From Felis catus (taxonomy: Eukaryota), in NCBI RefSeq assembly GCF_018350175.1, contig NC_058368.1:19966001-20030000 (forward strand): a stretch of 64,000 bases of DNA. Direction: 5' to 3'. The notes beneath the pieces are model-generated. The model saw only the letters and a program-made list of their open reading frames with translations, had not been told where the DNA came from and did not search any database. Of this stretch, positions 62,331 to 64,000 are shown one piece after another. Made by a program: the position numbers and the translations under genes. Each line of letters starts with the position of its first letter. Position 1 is the stretch's first letter.

Positions 62331-62859
62331 TGGTATCTTCCCGATTCTAAAATGTACATTTCTTTCTACTTTAACATCTCTAAAATTGGAAGCCAACTTG
62401 CAATAATGGCATCTTACAATGCTGTCACCAGAAGGCAGTTGTGATGTAGCTGTACATGTGCAAAATTCATGGTTATTCCTGGTGGCAGGCCTAGGCAATT
62501 GCAAACCCTAGACATTTCAGTCAACCAACCATTTAGAGAGAGGATATAAATCCTGATTGTGGTCTGAAAACTTTTTCACTGACATCTTCTAGTTGGACCA
62601 AGAAAGCATGAGCATCAAAACTTGTAGAATAAAAGCCTATGGTTTGGAAGAAAATACTGAAGACAATAGTGGAGTATTCTTTTATAACATGTTCCATCGT
62701 TAAAGCTCCTGGTTGGTAGAATTCAATATATTGTGGAAAAATTCTAATCGATAAAAAAACCATTGTGTCATAGTTTAATTAGCACCTTTTTTCTTTCAGT
62801 GTTCCAAAAATAATGGCATTTCTTAGAACCCGTGGTGTCTCAGAATTGGTGAAATATGG
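62331..62859. mobile_element. TcMar-Tc2 (Kanga/MER104-like) DNA transposon relic
   Basis: Inverted termini ggtatcttcccgattctaaaatg and tgtctcagaattggtgaaatatgg, followed by TA. Confidence 0.65.
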
Positions 62860-64000
62860 TATGTAACCTTGCATTTTCAAACCAATCCTCTTAAGACAGG
62901 TCTTATTATCATGCTTGGTATTTGCTGACTTATCATAATAGTGCAGTCTCATTATGCTGGTCTGTCTTCTTTCCATTAGATTACAAACTCTATGACCTAC
63001 CATAGTGCCTGTCACATAGTAGGGATGCAATTAACATTAATTGAAAGAATTACAGCAATGGTCATGCTCTTTAGCTGGAGAAACTGCTCCACTGTGATTC
63101 TAATTCTCAATTTGGTTGTGTCTATTTCCAGGACTGATCTCGAATCCTCTGAGCCATCAACTGTTACTGTGAAATACTGCTTGTTGGAAAGGTTTAATTT
63201 CCTCTTCAGAAGTAGTCCCTTAGTAGCATTTTTTCCCTTGAGGATTGATTAGGATGACCAAAATTAAATCTCTTTATATATGTAATATCCAAATACATTC
63301 TGCTGTCTAGTTTCACATCTCAATTTTATGCTTATTACTTCTTGGTTTTGCGTGTGTGTGTGTGTTCTTTTCTTTTTTTTTTTTTTTTAATGTTCTCAAC
63401 CTGTCAACATCATTGACTACTGTGATCTCAAAGAGTAAAGCAGAGAGCTGAGAAAATGGTAAGACAGCCAAAACAAACTTTGTTAGGTTACATATGAGGA
63501 ACATTGGGTTCATCTGATTACTCTGTTCAGATGGCACATCCAGATACCGTAAGCCAAGTCCTTGGCACATAATTATTTTTAAACTGTGTTATCCTGCTTA
63601 ATTGGTTTAAAATAATTTAGCAGGGTGCTGGTTGGCGCCTACAAATGAATCTAATTCATCAGTTCTTAATTGTTAAAATAGCCCTATTTCGACAATTTAG
63701 GCTATTGTTGAAGCCAGAGTCGCCACTCCTTCAGAGGCTTTCATATAATTTATTCATTCCCTTTTAAATTGGAGCCCTAGCATTAGGCAGCATTCCTTTA
63801 AAAAACAACAACAAAGAGCAAATTTTCTCCCACATACCTCTTCTGACCAATGTCCTCCCAGAGAAACTTTCCCTAATCCCCGAGACTGCAACAGCACAGG
63901 ATTTAGCGCACATACTCCCAACTCATTCTCCCTCTAGCATTGCAAGAGCTCACCGTTTTTTTCACTTGAGTCTGATGAAATAGTTGGCTTACATTTAGGG

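Noticed and set aside
62533..62763. 76-aa ORF
   Set aside because: It lies inside the Tc2/Kanga-type DNA transposon relic.
63010..63250. Stop-free frames on both strands and a plus-strand acceptor at about 63131
   Set aside because: No convincing donor or start, and no recognisable protein similarity.

Overview
Mammalian, specifically felid (cat-like), genomic DNA. The evidence is about 35 tRNA-derived carnivore SINEs (Can-SINE), several with the young feline SINEC_Fc-type sequence. The window is intronic or intergenic and repeat-rich: Can-SINEs, L1 fragments (carnivore L1, L1MC/L1M types), L2, MIR, MaLR/ERVL LTRs (MLT1, MLT2), DNA-transposon relics (MER53, Tc2/Kanga-type, MER63-like), a U6 snRNA pseudogene and microsatellites. 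I could not identify any protein-coding gene. The listed ORFs are explained by repeats, low complexity or chance. Repeat-poor blocks carry promoter-like motifs and strong splice signals, which suggest non-coding or alternative 5' exons: on the minus strand a GATA/CCAAT promoter-like exon near 54.5 kb, a 47-nt exon and a 16-nt micro-exon. These are unverified inferences. The best-supported oddities are small genome-evolution scars: a 119-bp templated duplication, a 48-bp hairpin insert between 18-bp direct repeats, a SINE with extra 3' sequence, and stacked or nested SINEs. I find no support for a new multi-gene biological system. Repeat family names come from recalled consensus sequences, and boundaries are approximate.
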